Assembly: GCF_001194135.2 (NCBI RefSeq) | Contig: NC_068990.1 | Location: 51,586,399 to 51,619,565, forward strand | DNA: 33,167 nucleotides | Reading direction: 5' to 3' | Source of the DNA: Octopus bimaculoides | Lineage: Eukaryota | Part shown: positions 1 to 13,544 of the stretch, piece after piece | Position numbering within the stretch: position 1 is the stretch's first letter | Layout: each line of letters begins with the position of its first letter | The notes under the pieces: generated by a model | Databases searched by the model: none | What the model saw: only the letters and a program-made list of their open reading frames with translations | What the model was told of the DNA's origin: nothing | Position numbers and translations under genes: made by a program

Positions 1-211
1 CCTTTTTCGAAGCGCCTCCCCATTTGGGAGTTCTATTTATTTATTTATCTATTTATTTATCTATTTATTTATTATATCTTTCTCCGTTTTCTTCCTCTGT
101 TTAGACGAACTTTCCTACCTTTTCGGACAAAACCTTTTGTAACCTTCGTCCTGTCTTTGTCCTTATATGTTTTTAATTGATATTAGCTCTTGTGGCCAAT
201 AAAACGAATTA

Positions 212-274
<63 letters not shown>

Positions 275-284
275 TATTATTATT
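212..284. repeat. (TTA)n microsatellite, 3' tail/target of the adjacent Dong-like element
   Basis: Direct reading; abuts the 3' UTR of the minus-strand element starting at 285. Confidence 0.97.
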
Positions 285-1338
285 GCCTTTGCACAGCTTC
301 CAACGCTGCAGATGTACTACGGTGTCAACTATTCACTACCAGTGAACTAAGGTAAGACCTGTTATTTTTCGAGCACCATCCGGAGTATTCGACCGGTTCC
401 AAGTAGTGCTGTTTTCTGCAAATGCTCCACCCTTATTGCGGCCACTATCTGTTCCATGTACTACTCAAGACATTTACTCACTGTTCCCAGGGCTCCGACA
501 ATTACTGGTATCACTACCAACTTTTTCATCAACCACAACTGCTTTACCTCCCATGGTAACCTGTCATATCTCTCGACTTCCCTTTCTTCCTTATCGCATA
601 CCTTGTTGTCAGCTGGACATGCTATATGTATGATCCAGCATAGTTTAATTCATTTCTCAATTAAGACTATGTCTAGCTTCATATTCTCTATCTCATGGTT
701 GCACTGAATCATAAAATCCCATACTTGTTGCAAAATGTCCAATAGACAAGCCTGGCTATATTGTTGTGGCATCTCTTATATTCCTTCTGGGCTAGTGGCG
801 TACATTGGCTGGTAATATGCCATACAGATTCACCATTTTGTCCAGATTCTGCACTTAACACTTTCTGATGTGTTGTCTACTATGTATTTTATGTAGTTTG
901 TTCTTAGTGCTTGCTCTTGGGCAGCACAGATTACAGCCTCCGTTTCCGGTTTTAGGTCACTTTTAGTCATCCACAGCCATATTTTTTCTCTGTCTGTCTT
1001 ATCTTCAACATCCCTATGAAATTGTCCATGCATTCTTTTCTTTACACTCCTATTTTCAGTTTTCTTCGTTTTCAATTGCATGTACAGTGCTTTATCTTTG
1101 CAATCTTTCATCCTACACAAGCCTGACCTTCTTACTTCTAGTAATAGCGATTCTGTGGTATGTTTTACATACCGAGCTATGTTGTTTTCTTCTGGTCTAA
1201 TGCTGTGTTCGCATCCAATAAGTCCTCTTCCCCCTCTTTTTCTTTGTATATATAGTCTGTCTGTGTCACTTTTGGGGGGAGTGTCCCATATCTAGTTAGC
1301 AACTTCCTTGTCTTTCTGTGTAAGCTGTTTAGTGCGTC

Positions 1339-1339
<1 letters not shown>
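285..1339 (-). mobile_element. 5'-truncated, degenerate R4/Dong-clade RLE non-LTR retrotransposon (family A)
   Basis: Minus-strand peptides MHGQFHRDVEDK, WMTKSDLKPETEAVICAAQEQALRTNYIK, KCRI, CPADNKV, VIPVIVGALG, LQKTALLGTGRILR match the R4/Dong C-terminal zinc knuckle and RLE region. Stops and frameshifts are present. (TTA)n lies on both sides (212-284, 1340-1382). Confidence 0.88.
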
Positions 1340-1382
<43 letters not shown>

Positions 1383-1564
1383 NNNNNNNNNNNNNNNNNN
1401 NNNNNNNNNNNNNNNNNNNNNNNNNNNNNNNNNNNNNNNNNNNNNNNNNNNNNNNNNNNNNNNNNNNNNNNNNNNNNNNNNNCGGAAAACACTCGGTGAG
1501 AAATGGAAGAAAATTTGAAGAAAGAAGAAAATTAACAACATAATAAGAAGAAGGAGAACAAGGA

Positions 1565-1609
1565 GAAGAAGAAGAAGAAGAAGAAGAAGAAGAAGAAGAA
1601 GAAGAAGAA
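1565..1609. repeat. (GAA)n microsatellite
   Basis: Direct reading. Confidence 0.97.
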
Positions 1610-1612
1610 TAT

Positions 1613-2100
1613 TGCCCTGATGCAGTACCAGGCAGTGGCTTCTGATCTTAACTGATTGGAAGTGTTATCATGTACATTGTTTTTTCTTGGTATAAAAGAT
1701 GGGCTACAGCAAATATTCTGCTTAATACCGTAGATTTGCTTGTCAGTTGTTTGACCATAACCAGTTGAGCATGACCCTTAATGGCTGACGATATGTGCAT
1801 CTCTGATCCCGAGCAAAAGTAGTGGGAGAGCATCATAGCCATGTGTTGAGAGGAATTCTTTGGGGTTTGAATAATCTACCTCTGGAAACAGCCCTTATTT
1901 AAGGACCATTTGATCTAACTGGGCCCCACCTGAAAGTTCATGTGCTGTTTATCTTGATATGAGATCACCATGTCACGGACATATGGTTTTGATGCATGCG
2001 CCTGGTGTACCCTTATCAGACAGGTAGTCATGATGAGTATACTGGGCTTCGTATATTTTACCCCAGCTTCACTTTGATCTCATGCACTACTCTTTCACTC

Positions 2101-2130
<30 letters not shown>
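1613..2130 (+). repeat. Unclassified non-coding repeat candidate (~490 bp) ending in an (AAT)10 tail
   Basis: Higher-complexity block with no recognisable protein, bounded by (GAA)n and (AAT)n at 2101-2130, which is the geometry of a TPRT insert. Repetitiveness cannot be shown from a single copy. Confidence 0.4.
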
Positions 2131-2133
<3 letters not shown>

Positions 2134-3218
2134 GAGCGAATAATGTACATATTGACAAAGCCCTTACCCACCAATGGCTAATGGCCTCTGGCTTGAAATC
2201 AGAAACAGAGGGGTTTATCATAGCAGCCCAAGATCAATGCCTACCTACAAAGAACTACCAGGTCAACATATTAAAGAACAACAGCTCCCCATTATGTCGT
2301 ATTTGCCAACAACAAAATGAGACCATCGATCATGTTGTCTCCATGTGCAGTCTGCTTGCGCCTACAGAGTATCTCAACAGGCATGATAGATCAGCACAAT
2401 ATATTCACTGGGTAATTTGCAAAAACCTGGACTTGCCCCATCATAAAAACTGGTGGGAACACAAACCACCCCCAGTACTTGAAAATGATCACATCGCACT
2501 CCTCTGGAACTTCACCATTCAAACTGACAGAAAGATAGATGCAAATAGGCCAGACATCATACTGAATGACTTCAAACAAAAATCATGCCTCCTCATTGAT
2601 ATGACTGTCCCAATCGATATAAACGTATCTGTCAAGACCTACCAAAAACNNNNNNNNNNNNNNNNNNNNNNNNNNNNNNNNNNNNNNNNNNNNNNNNNNN
2701 NNNNNNNNNNNNNNNNNNNNNNNNNNNNNNNNNNNNNNNNNNNNNNNNNNNNNNNNNNNNNNNNNNNNNNNNNNNNNNNNNNNNNNNNNNNNNNNNNNNN
2801 NNNNNNNNNNNNNNNNNNNNNNNNNNNNNNNNNNNNNNNNNNNNNNNNNNNNNNNNNNNNNNNNNNNNNNNNNNNNNCCTATTGTCATAGGTGCCCTGGG
2901 AATGACAGCGAAACGGGCTGATTACTACCTAGCTCAGATACCAGGAAGCCCCAAAATGGCTGAAGTTCAAACGATAGTGCTCATGGGAACTGCCCATATC
3001 CTACGTAAAATATTGTCTATGTGATTTCAAATTTTAAAACAAACACATAATTTTCTTATGGTTTCTTAAACATTCTCTAGAACAATACTATGTACAAATC
3101 TAAACATATGGTACCCTAGGCATAACACCTACATGAACTTCTAACTTGTTGTCTCTTGAGGTCTCTGGGTGAGACTTGGATCCAACTTGTACAAATGCAA
3201 AACAAAAGTCAAACATGA

Positions 3219-3254
<36 letters not shown>
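2131..3254 (+). mobile_element. 5'-truncated R4/Dong-clade element (family B) with 3' UTR and (AAT)n tail
   Basis: ORF 2181.. SGLKSETEGFIIAAQDQ, CRICQQQNETIDHVVSMC (CCHC), RHD, RPDI/LIDMTVP (RLE), then GTAHILRKILSM* with stop at 3022-3024. A ~195 bp 3' UTR is shared with 6081-6268, then (AAT)n at 3219-3254. N gap at 2650-2877. Confidence 0.92.
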
Positions 3255-3255
<1 letters not shown>

Positions 3256-3399
3256 TCTCACACTTTTTCTACATACCAAAACTATCCACCTGTACTATTC
3301 ATCCACGAAAATCTCAATGACTCTATGTGGTGTAATGATTAGAAAATGACAACATTCCCACAAAAAGCCTATTTGGCAAGAGCATATTCAACACCAAAT

Positions 3400-6268
3400 T
3401 CAGTTACTTAGATCTCATATAGAACGTTTAACAAACCTTAAGTTTGACATGACTGCAAAAACCCGAAAATTAAAGAAAAAGAAATTTAATATGAAAACCA
3501 TATTTGACATTAATACCACCATAGAAACCATCAGGCACAAGGTATTTGCTAAAGCTGCCGGCATAGCAAGGTAAGAAAAGCGCGTTAGATTCTTCAAAGA
3601 CAACATGTTAAAAAATAACCCAAAAAATGTTTACATGAATATAGGGAAAATAGCAGTTAAAGTAAAATCTGTCCCATCAAAAGTAGTGCAGGAATTTGGG
3701 AATAAAATTTGGGTAGAAAAAAAACCTACAATGAAAAGTCCCCTTGGACTGATAGAATACCTACAGACTTAGACTCCCTCCCTACAAGAGCAAAAGTGGG
3801 GAGGTATCAAGTTAGACGATGAAGATCTGCTCTTAGGACGTCAAGCAAATGGAAGTCTCTAGGAAAGGAAAAAATTCCTAACTTCTGGTTGAATACCTTC
3901 CCAGAGAGCCATAAACTGCTAACACAACTTTACAACAATGTTTTGCAACAACCTCTTCGCTAGTTAATGGTGTAACGTTCTTACTTCCAAAAACTAAAGA
4001 AAACAAATGAACCAAAATATTATAGACCTATAACCTGCTTAACAACAATGTATAAAACGCTAACATCTGTTTTGACTGAATATACCTAAAGTGTTTTAAT
4101 AGAAAGTGGCATATTCCCTAATGAGCAAAAAGGATGTAAACGTGTGTCCTATGGCTGTAAAGATCAGCTACTCATCAATAAGATGATCTTGGAAGATTGT
4201 CACAAACGACACAAAAACTTGTCGATAGCCTGGATAGACTATAAAAAAAGCTTTTGATGTTCTACCACATAGCTGGATTAGGAAATGTCTGGAAATGAAT
4301 GAAATAGCAACTACACTGCAAAACTCTTTGTAAGTATGTGATCGTGGAGAACCACACTGACTTTGAACAGAAACAATGAATCTCTCATTGCTGGAAATGT
4401 AAGAATTTCATGTGGCATTTTCCAGGGTGACTTTATATCATAACTCCTCTTTTGTCTAGTCTTAATATCTCTCTCGAAATTGTTCAATGATGTACGATAC
4501 GGTTATAAAATGTTTGATAAAAATATAAATCATCTCATTTGCATGGATGATTTAAAGCTCTTTGCAAAAAATGACAAACAACTACAGAGCTTACTAGCAA
4601 TTGTTAAACAATTCAATGATGACATCAGGATGTAATTTGGCCTCGATAAAGGTGCAAAAGCTACCTTTATTAAAGGAAAAATGACAGAAACATCTAACGT
4701 TAACCTTGACCAGAAGAATATGATAAAGAAATTAGAACCAGCGGAGAGCTACAGGTACCCAGGGTTACTTGAAGGGGACGGAATCAAACATTCAGTGATG
4801 AGGGAAAGGATCAGAAGAAAATGTTATCGCAGGGTAAGGGCAATACTTAAGACAGAGCTGAATGCAAGAAACAGGATGGAAGCGATCAATAATTTAGCCA
4901 TACCGGTCATGACTTATAATTTCAATATCATTAACTGGTCAACTACTGAAATATGTAATCGTGACAGAAAAATACGAAAATTGTTGACAATGCATAGAAT
5001 GCACCACATTAAGGTAGATATAGAACAACTTTACCTGCCAGAGGCCGTGGACTTTTACAAGTGGAGCTAACAATGAAGATTGCCACAATTGGCCTAGACA
5101 CCTACTTGAAAAAAACTCTGAGGATTGGATGTTACAACTTGTCTCTACACATGAAAACAAGAAAGCATCATACTCAATAACAAAACAGACAACTGAATAC
5201 CTAAGAGAATTCCAAATACAAGAAATCCCAGAATCAGATCTACTAGAAACAAACACAGAAACTCTAAGCATATGAAAACCCTTGCTAAAACTGCTGCCTG
5301 AGATATTGTTACTGATAAATGGCAAGAAAAACCTCTCAGTGGCAAATACCCAAAGAGAGCTAATAATGTCGATGTTGACAAAGCCCTTAGCCATCAAAGG
5401 TTAATGGCTTCTGGCTTAAAATTAGAAACAGAAGGGTTTTTCATAGCAGTCCAAGATCAATGCCTAACTACAAGAAACTACCAGGTCAACATATTAAAGG
5501 ACGGCAGCTGCCCAACATGCCGTGTATGTAAACAAAATGAAATCCTTCATCATGTTATCTCCATGTGCTGTCTGCTTGCGCCTACAGAGTATCTCAACAG
5601 GCATGATAGAACTGCACAATATATTCACTGGGTAATTTGGAAAAGCCTGAACCTGCCCCATGATAAAGACTGGTGGGAATACCAGCCACCTCCATTTCTT
5701 GAAAATGATCCCGTCTCACTCTTCCGGAACTTCACCGTTCAAACTGACAGAAAGATTGAGGCAAATAGGCCAAACGTTATATTGAAAGACTTCAGACACA
5801 AATCATGCCTCCTCATTGATATGATGTTCCAATCGATATAAATGTATCTGTCAAGACCTGCCAAAAACTGAGCAAGTATATATACCTTGAAATAAAAATT
5901 GGCAAAATGCAGAACCTCAAGAATAAAACAATACCTGTTGTCAAAGGTGCCCTAGGAATGATAGCAAAAGGGGCTGATTGCTACCTAGTTCAGATACCAG
6001 GAAACCCCAAAATGGCAGAAATTCAAAAGATAGTGCTCGTGGGAACTGCCTATATCCTACGTAAAATACTCTCTATGTAATCTCAAATTTTAAAACAAAC
6101 TCACGATTTTCTTGTTTTCTTAAACATTCTCTAGAACAATACTATGCGCAAAACCAAATATATGACACCCTAGGCATAACACCAACATGAACTTCTAACT
6201 TGTTGTCTCTTGAGGTCTCTGGGCGAGACTTTGAGCCAACTTGTACAAAAACAAAAGAAAAATCAAAC
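3400..6268 (+). mobile_element. Longer degenerate family B R4/Dong element (RT + CCHC + RLE pseudo-ORF)
   Basis: RT motifs [50 protein letters not shown]-terminus SGLKLETEGFFIAVQDQ, CRVC, RHD, RPNVIL; stop at 6078-6080. Same 3' UTR as 3025-3218. Many stops and frameshifts; the 5' boundary is approximate. Confidence 0.92.
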
Positions 6269-6570
6269 GAAGAAAGCGTTATTCATATAGTAAGTGAATG
6301 TAGCCTGCTGGCACAGAAAGAATAGAAGAAAAGACATGACGACTTAAGGAGAGTAATCCACTGATATTTATGTAGAAGGCTAAGATTTGCACATTTAAAA
6401 CCGGAAATGGGGCCCTAATCTGTGCTACCCAAGGGCAAGAATTAAGAACGGATTACATCAAATACAGAATAGACAACACATCAGAAAGTGATAAGTGCAG
6501 AATTTGTAGACAAAATGGTCAAACCGTATGGCATATTACCAGTCAATGTATGCCACTAGCCCAAAAATTT
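6269..6570 (+). mobile_element. Two short R4/Dong C-terminal fragments in scrambled order
   Basis: 6269-6385 reads EESVIHIVSECSLLAQKE*KKRHDD. About 6395-6567 (frameshifted) reads LKPE..ICATQGQELRTDYIKYRIDNTSESDKCRICRQNGQTVWHITSQC and is similar to the reverse complement of 820-960. Confidence 0.7.
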
Positions 6571-9134
6571 CTGACCTCTTTTTCAGCTTTCCTTTCTGTA
6601 ACCATAGCTATATCTCACTAATACTATTTGCTGCAACTATCTTTGGGAATCTACCATGCAACGCCCTCTACTATCAGTCAGATAATTTCTGTCCTTTTTT
6701 CTGGATTTTAACTTCGTTTGTGTTTTTGGTCTCCCATATGTTTTGTTTGACTCTATCGGTTTTTAATAAACTTTCATCACTATTACTTACATAGGAGACT
6801 ATATCTATTCGCTCTAACTCCACGCAGTCTACTTCTAATATTAACTCTCTTCCGCCTTCCTTTCTAGGTAAATATAATCTTGCTACCCCTGCACTTGGGG
6901 GGAGTCCTTCATTCATATTGAATTCCTTCTCAGTTCGTCTGTCCAGCTTCGCTAATTCGATTTTTGTCCAATATACAAAAGCCGTTGAGTATCTAAGTAA
7001 TGATACTGCCCCAATATTTACAGCGTTCACTAGATTCGGACCATTTAGCTTCGACTTCATTAGCTTCCTCACCCTTCTGATGTACTCCTTCTCAATTTTC
7101 GTTTTCATATCTATATTTATTACTCTGTCAGTTTCTAATACTCCTAGATACTTTATAATTCTCCCCTCCTTTCAATGATTTTAATGTCTGGCCAACTGGT
7201 AATTGGATGTCTTCGCTGTTGACTACCTGTCCCATTTTCAGGTTTAATAGTGCACACTTCTCTATGCCAAATTCCATGCCTATATTTTTGCTGAAGAGTC
7301 TTGCAGTCTGTATTTAGGAATCTATCTCTTTTTCAGTCTTACTAAAAAGCTTCAGATCATCTATGTAGAACAAGTTGTTAATTTTTCCCTTACTATTTCT
7401 GAACTGACACCCTGCCTTTGCCTTCCTCTATAAGACTAATATTAAAGCAGACAACCGGGCCCCTGGAAAATTCCTGCTTCAGTATTAACTTTTCCTAAGA
7501 ATGTGTCACCTGAGTAGAGATCTACTTTCCATTTCTTCATGCTAAAGCTAATTAATTCTCTTTTATTGTTTGCTATACTGAATATACTCAAACATTCATT
7601 TATCCATGAGCGTGGGATCATGTCATAGGTTTTCTTATAAACTATAGATGCTAGTGTTATATTTTTCTTTCTAGCTTTTACTTCATTTAGAACTGCTTTG
7701 TCTATATATAATAGATCATGCGTTCCTCTAGCCTTCTTCTTGCAACCTTTCTGTTCTTCTGACAGTAAGTTCTGGTTGTCAAGGTGCTCGAAAATACTTT
7801 CTGAAAGCATTCCTGTGAGCAGTTTCCACACTAATTGCAAGCAAGTGATTGGTCTATAGTTGTTAGCTGTATTACCATTGCTTTTGTCATTATAATGAGT
7901 ATTGTCTTCCTTCTAATCATGCAATCTGGTATTATTCCCCCATTAAGGCAATCCTGAAGTTCCCTCGGCGTCCATGTAAACTACTAAATTTCTTTAGCCA
8001 ATACCTCTGAAATAAATCTGGCCCTGGGCCCTTCCAATTCCTAACACTAGTCTTAAATCTGGTTGCTTATCACTCACTAATTCTTCCCTCACTTTCTTTA
8101 ACAATACTGCATCTCCATCATGATTGACTGGCTTACCCCAAATATTACAGCAGAAATTTCTAGATTCTTCTGCATTAGATTTCTCATCTTCAGTACTTCC
8201 TTCTTTACTATTTATTCGGTTATAAAATCTCCTTTGGTCTGTCTCAAATAATATGTTCTGTTGATACTGATCTATTCTATTCTGATATCTGGAGAGCTTG
8301 CCTGCCACTGCTATGATACGCTGTTTCAACACTCCTATTATTGTCTCAAGCCCTGTCTCTTTGACTAAGTATCCTTTCTCAAGGTAAGATTTGCATCTTG
8401 TATTTGCTAACTTGTTCAATTTCTAGGCTTCTGTTCTACTTAGATCTTGTCTTAAAGTCTTCACTTTATTTTGTAATCTCCTTTTCCACATTTGCTCTTT
8501 TCTAATCTCTCCCTCTGATCTCTACCCTTTCTGCATATATCAATAAGATTGTGTCTCCTATATTTTTAGTATCTATCCTACTGATAACAGAATCTACTTT
8601 TCTGGTCTTCCTTTTGTTGGTACTTTTTAATGCTGGCAATGTGTTTCTTACTTCTTTACTCATTACTTCCTGCAACTCATCTAAAATCTTCTGATCTTCC
8701 ACATTTAAATCACTACCACCTTGTCTTTATTTTCCAGTTCTCTTGTTATTTCCTCTATCCAAGTTCTGTCATCCACTTCCTTCTCCTAATAGTATCAGCT
8801 TGATCTACTTATCTCTGCTCAGTTACTTTACCCATACCCTTTTCTACCCAAAGTGTTACCATCCTTTTTCTATAGCTCTATCTTTTAGGTTCACTTTCTA
8901 GTAACACTGCATCACTATCCTCTTTTCTTCGCTGGTCCACTTCCTCCTCCTTACTCTACTATCTGCTGATGGAATATTAGGATAACAGCTGTGGTCAGTC
9001 TGCATTTTTACTGAACCACTTCCGAGCGTGGGGCTTCCCCTTAAAGGTCTAGCTTCACTTTCGTTGTTATAACCTTCATCACCAACGTCATCACCACTAT
9101 TATTTTTCGACCGACATCTAATAGTTTCAAGCAA
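6571..9134 (-). mobile_element. Degenerate R4/Dong-clade element (family C): N-terminus and RT, truncated before the CCHC/RLE
   Basis: N-terminal RRKWTSEEKRIVMQCY, then KQRIIAVAGKLSRY, ETDQRRFY, EEQKGCKK, YKKTYDMIPRSWI, GIFQG, YIDDLKLF, RLYLPRKEGGRELI and LHGRF. Multiple stops. Confidence 0.88.
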
Positions 9135-9471
9135 CTTTCTATTGCATTATTTGTTGCACATTTGTTCTTGTGGGGTTGAGTGTGCTGCGTTTTTTGAGGT
9201 GGGTATTGTATCAGTATGTTTTGTTTGAGTCTTCTGTTGTATTAGTTTTTGTATTGTGTGTTGCTTGTGCAGCTCAATTTGTATTCTTTTGTCAGGTATC
9301 AGCCTTCTATGGCACATGTGGGCTTTGTTCATTTTGTTAGGTATTTATGGTATGAGTTTATTCCTGTATGTTTTTTGGAGGAGTGTTGCATAGTAGAGTG
9401 TGAAAATCATAAATCAACTATTTCATAACATTTATGATTATCTGTCCGCAGTTCTTTGTCTTTCGGTTTAA

Positions 9472-9624
9472 AGTTAATCAGAAAATCTTATTCATTCTTT
9501 CATCTGCCTGCCTACAATCCGTGCTAGTGGAGTATTGAAGTGGTTTAAGAGCCATTTGGCGTCTACTTCTAGCGTGTTGGTGTAGTTAATCCGCACCCTT
9601 TAATATAATTCTTTATATAATTAT
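9472..9624 (+). repeat. Left half (X1) of a ~225 bp duplicated unit split by the HERO-like element
   Basis: Aligns to 13545-13697, including an identical 56 bp core (9528-9583 = 13601-13656). Confidence 0.85.
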
Positions 9625-12600
9625 TTCTTGCAAACAACTCGCACATGCAAGTGCTACCAGTCGAGAACTCCGCATACCGAAGGCCAGCAAGTGTATGGGG
9701 TAATCAGGAGAGAATGCGCGCTGTTTNNNNNNNNNNNNNNNNNNNNNNNNNNNNNNNNNNNNNNNNNNNNNNNNNNNNNNNNNNNNNNNNNNNNNNNNNN
9801 NNNNNNNNNNNNNNNNNNNNNNNNNNNNNNNNNNNNNNNNNNNNNNNNNNNNNNNNNNNNNNNNNNNNNNNNNNNNNNNNNNNNNNNNNNNNNNNNNNNN
9901 NNNNNNNNNNNNNNNNNNNNNNNNNNNNNNNNNNNNNNNNNNNNNNNNNNNNNNNNNNNNNNNNNNNNNNNNNNNNNNNNNNNNNNNNNNNNNNNNNNNN
10001 NNNNNNNNNNNNNNNNNNNNNNNNNNNNNNNNNNNNNNNNNNNNNNNNNNNNNNNNNNNNNNNNNNNNNNNNNNNNNNNNNNNNNNNNNNNNNNNNNNNN
10101 NNNNNNNNNNNNNNNNNNNNNNNNNNNNNNNNNNNNNNNNNNNNNNNNNNNNNNNNNNNNNNNNNNNNNNNNNNNNNNNNNNNNNNNNNNNNNNNNNNNN
10201 NNNNNNNNNNNNNNNNNNNNNNNNNNNNNNNNNNNNNNNNNNNNNNNNNNNNNNNNNNNNNNNNNNNNNNNNNNNNNNNNNNNNNNNNNNNNNNNNNNNN
10301 NNNNNNNNNNNNNNNNNNNNNNNNNNNNNNNNNNNNNNNNNNNNNNNNNNNNNNNNNNNNNNNNNNNNNNNNNNNNNNNNNNNNNNNNNNNNNNNNNNNN
10401 NNNNNNNNNNNNNNNNNNNNNNNNNNNNACCTTTCCGCATTTGCATATGTCATTCTCAGAGACGTTCCATCTTACGAGATTCCTAGGTGACGGCAAAACA
10501 TCATAGGATGAACGAATCAGAAAACTTAGCTGAGATGTCGTCCACTTCCATATTTCATCCCAACGTATTTTCCTCTCAACAACATGTTCTTCCCATCTCT
10601 TTATCTGTCCTTGTTGACTACATCGGATCAAATGAAGCTCTCTTCTCTCTGCTTCTCTTGCTTTGACGCTGTTGCTAACAACAGATCTGCGTTCGCTCCG
10701 CATCATATCTGCAAACGGTCTGAACTGATTTGCGCCAAAACCAAGTCCTCTCCGATGGTTCTGTGTTGCACCCACCATATCTCTGTGTACAAGAGAAGAC
10801 AAGATGTCATCAGTCTCTGTTTCTGCTTTCCACTTCCTGGCTGTTTTCACCTCTGGTGGGTTCTGCCTGATTTCCGTATCCTTCGATTCTCTCAGCATCA
10901 TCACCGTCCGTATCTTCCCTAGTTTGTATATTTCGACTATTGATGCTAGTGGTAACTGCAACGAAGAAGCTCTTTTACGATAAAGAGCTGAACTGTTCAA
11001 CATCCGAGGTAGGCCTAGCCACTTTCTAATGAACACGTTACATTTTTGTTCAATGATTTGAACTCGTGACAAGGCTACCTCGTATATTAAAAGTAGCCAC
11101 GAAAGTCGCGGGAACAAACCGAACTGCAAGCACCAAATTTTATAGTTACCTGGTAACTTCGAGTTATCAATCGCTCATAATCCAGCCTCGGCTTGTTTCA
11201 TGATTTCCATTCCGTGATTTCTATCTGACAATGTTCCAGCATATACACGCCCCAAGCTCTTGACGGGTTCTTCTTTGACTGTTGGAAAGCTTTCTTCAGC
11301 TATTCGAAACTTGAATTCGTTCTGCACTCCCTTAACAAATATCAGACTACGCGACTTTTTTACTCTAAACCGCATCCTAGACCACCTCACAAGTTCGTCT
11401 AGTCTCTAGAGGGCATTCTGCATGACTTGTTTATCTGTAGCTAAAAGTGTCATGTCATCCATGAAGGCTTTCTTAGGCAATTGTACATAGGCGATTTGTT
11501 CCGAAAAATACACCGCTTTCAAAATCAACTCCATGACTAAGATAAACCACGTGACAGATATTGTACAGCCAGCAGCAATGCCAATCTCCAATCGGTGCCA
11601 ATCTGTTGTAAAATTTCCAGCTGTAAACCTCATTTCGAAACTGTCATAGTACATCCTCATTATTTTGATCACTTTGTCTGGAATGTGGAAGTGGTCCATG
11701 GCTCTTATCAGTAATTCGTGTGGTACTGAGCCATATGCATTAGCTAGGTCAAGTCATACCACGTTCAGACTTCTCTTTTTCTGCTTGGCATCCTGGATCG
11801 CTTTCCAAATCGAAAAACAATAATGTTCAACGCATCCAAGGATCCCGGAGATTCCGGTCTTTTTAACGGACTCATCAACATACCCGTTATTTTGTAAATA
11901 CGTCACTGTTCTCCTGGAAAGAATTCCCATAAAATCTTGTCTTCCACATTCAATAAGGATATCGGCCTCAACTGTCTTTCGNNNNNNNNNNNNNNNNNNN
12001 NNNNNGCAGGTATATACCTTCTGCCTTACACCAGTTTTCTACTAGAGTCTCTTCGCGCCACAGTTGTCGGAGTAGGACAAAGAGCTTCTTTCGCAGACGA
12101 TTGCAATATTTATAGACTTTATATGAGACGCCATCACCTCCTGGGGCACTCTTTGCTCTCGCTTTTCTTACGAAATCATTCACCTCTCTCTCCGTGATGT
12201 CCCCAATTTGGAATTCAATATCAGGTTCTGAGAGATGATTTAGCCCATGTAGAGGTGGCAGTGGTTGGTTACGGTGCGGATCGCTGTAGGTTTCTTTGAC
12301 ATGAGCGTCCAATTCTTCTTTCGTGCACGATAAAGAACCGCTCTTCGGTTCAGTGAACAGCTTCTTAGTAAACCCGTACTGGTCCTTCAGAAACTGACCC
12401 CGAGCCCTTTTACTCTCCTTTCGACGCTCATATCGGCGGATATGTCGTTGCACATAACGACATTTCCTTTTCAAATCGTTATAAAGCAGTGCGAAGCCAG
12501 GTTTGTCATCTTCTGCAGCATATTTCCACCACTTTCTTAGGCTGGTCTTTTCTTTCCTCAACTGTTTCATTTTCCTGATCCTCCTGTTTGGTCTACACTT

Positions 12601-13202
12601 TCCTTTCGCTAATCGGATATTCTCTTTTACTCCAAACAATTCCNNNNNNNNNNCTTTCGCTAATCGGATATTCTCTTTTACTCCAAACAATTCCTTCCCT
12701 GTATCGTAAATTGAGCATGTTAATTTTCCCAGTTTCTCCACTGTAGAGCCTGTCATTTTATAAAGACCTCGACGTACCTTGTTTTCAAACTCTTTCTCAT
12801 TAGCAGCAGGCCACAAAACCCTCGGTTTCCTCCGAGTACTATCTGATGCACCAGTTTCATGACTTGCAGTTTCCTGACGGGAAGAGGTCTTTGCTGTAGC
12901 ATTTATCGATCCGCTGTGGTTTGCGTCCGGGGATGATTTGCCACGTGTTTTACGATCAGATGATCTACACTGCTCTGTATTCTTCTCAAAAGTTTTTCCC
13001 TGGTGTATCTTCAAGCATCTTACAGTTGCAAAAGTTCTACAGCACAGCTTGTATCCAAAGTTATTTGCACTTCGTTCGCTGTTCGAATGAATAGCCGTAT
13101 TCGTATCCAAGGTCGTTTCCGTGTCAACTGGGTTTGATTGATTCTCGACTCCCCCCTCTCGGTCAATCGTGGGGCTGTCATTCTCATTCGTAGTTGTTAC
13201 AA
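9625..13202 (-). mobile_element. Near-complete, inactivated HERO/NeSL-like (R2 superfamily) non-LTR retrotransposon
   Basis: N-terminal C2H2-like CCRTFATVRCLKIHQG. RT motifs KSAPGGDGVSYKVYK, LDLANAYGSVPH, GIAAGCTISV, KAFMDDMTL, VKSLGRVY. Further downstream RKWLGLPR, RRGLG, LIRSSYDVLPSPRNLVRW and CKCG. In-frame stops are present. The RLE domain would fall in the N gap 9727-10429. The frame stays open up to the 5' junction, so the copy is probably 5'-truncated. Confidence 0.85.
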
Positions 13203-13296
13203 TATAAATTAGTATAAAATGTTAGCTATAAGGTTTTTATTTCACTCTGGCCACTTAATAAAATCATTAAAGTGATTTTATCCTTAATTCTATATA
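13203..13296 (+). repeat. Right half (Y1) of the split duplicated unit
   Basis: Aligns to 13695-13771 (tataaattagtataaa...tgattttatccttaattctatata) with one indel. Confidence 0.8.
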
Positions 13297-13544
13297 GAAA
13301 AACAAATATTTTTGCTCCTGATCAAATTGCATTCGCTGCGAGGTTATTTTGATAAAAAAATGCACATGGCTGTGATGAAAAGAAAAATTGGATTTTTACT
13401 GATGTATGCGTGTAAATGTATGTATATGGTCGCACGAATACGGTGTTCATGTGGCTATGTATAGATATTTGCATGTATATACTTTGATATATTGTACTGA
13501 TGATAACAGGCTGTTTTATAACACCAAGTTTCAAATCGATCTAC

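Noticed and set aside
1-205. Possible SINE/LINE 3' tail at the window start
   Set aside because: Only loose similarity to the tail at 29580-29640, and it is truncated by the window edge.
12603-12693. ~40 bp direct repeat in the HERO ORF (ELFGVKENIRLAK twice)
   Set aside because: Identical copies flank a 10-N gap, typical of an unmerged contig overlap.
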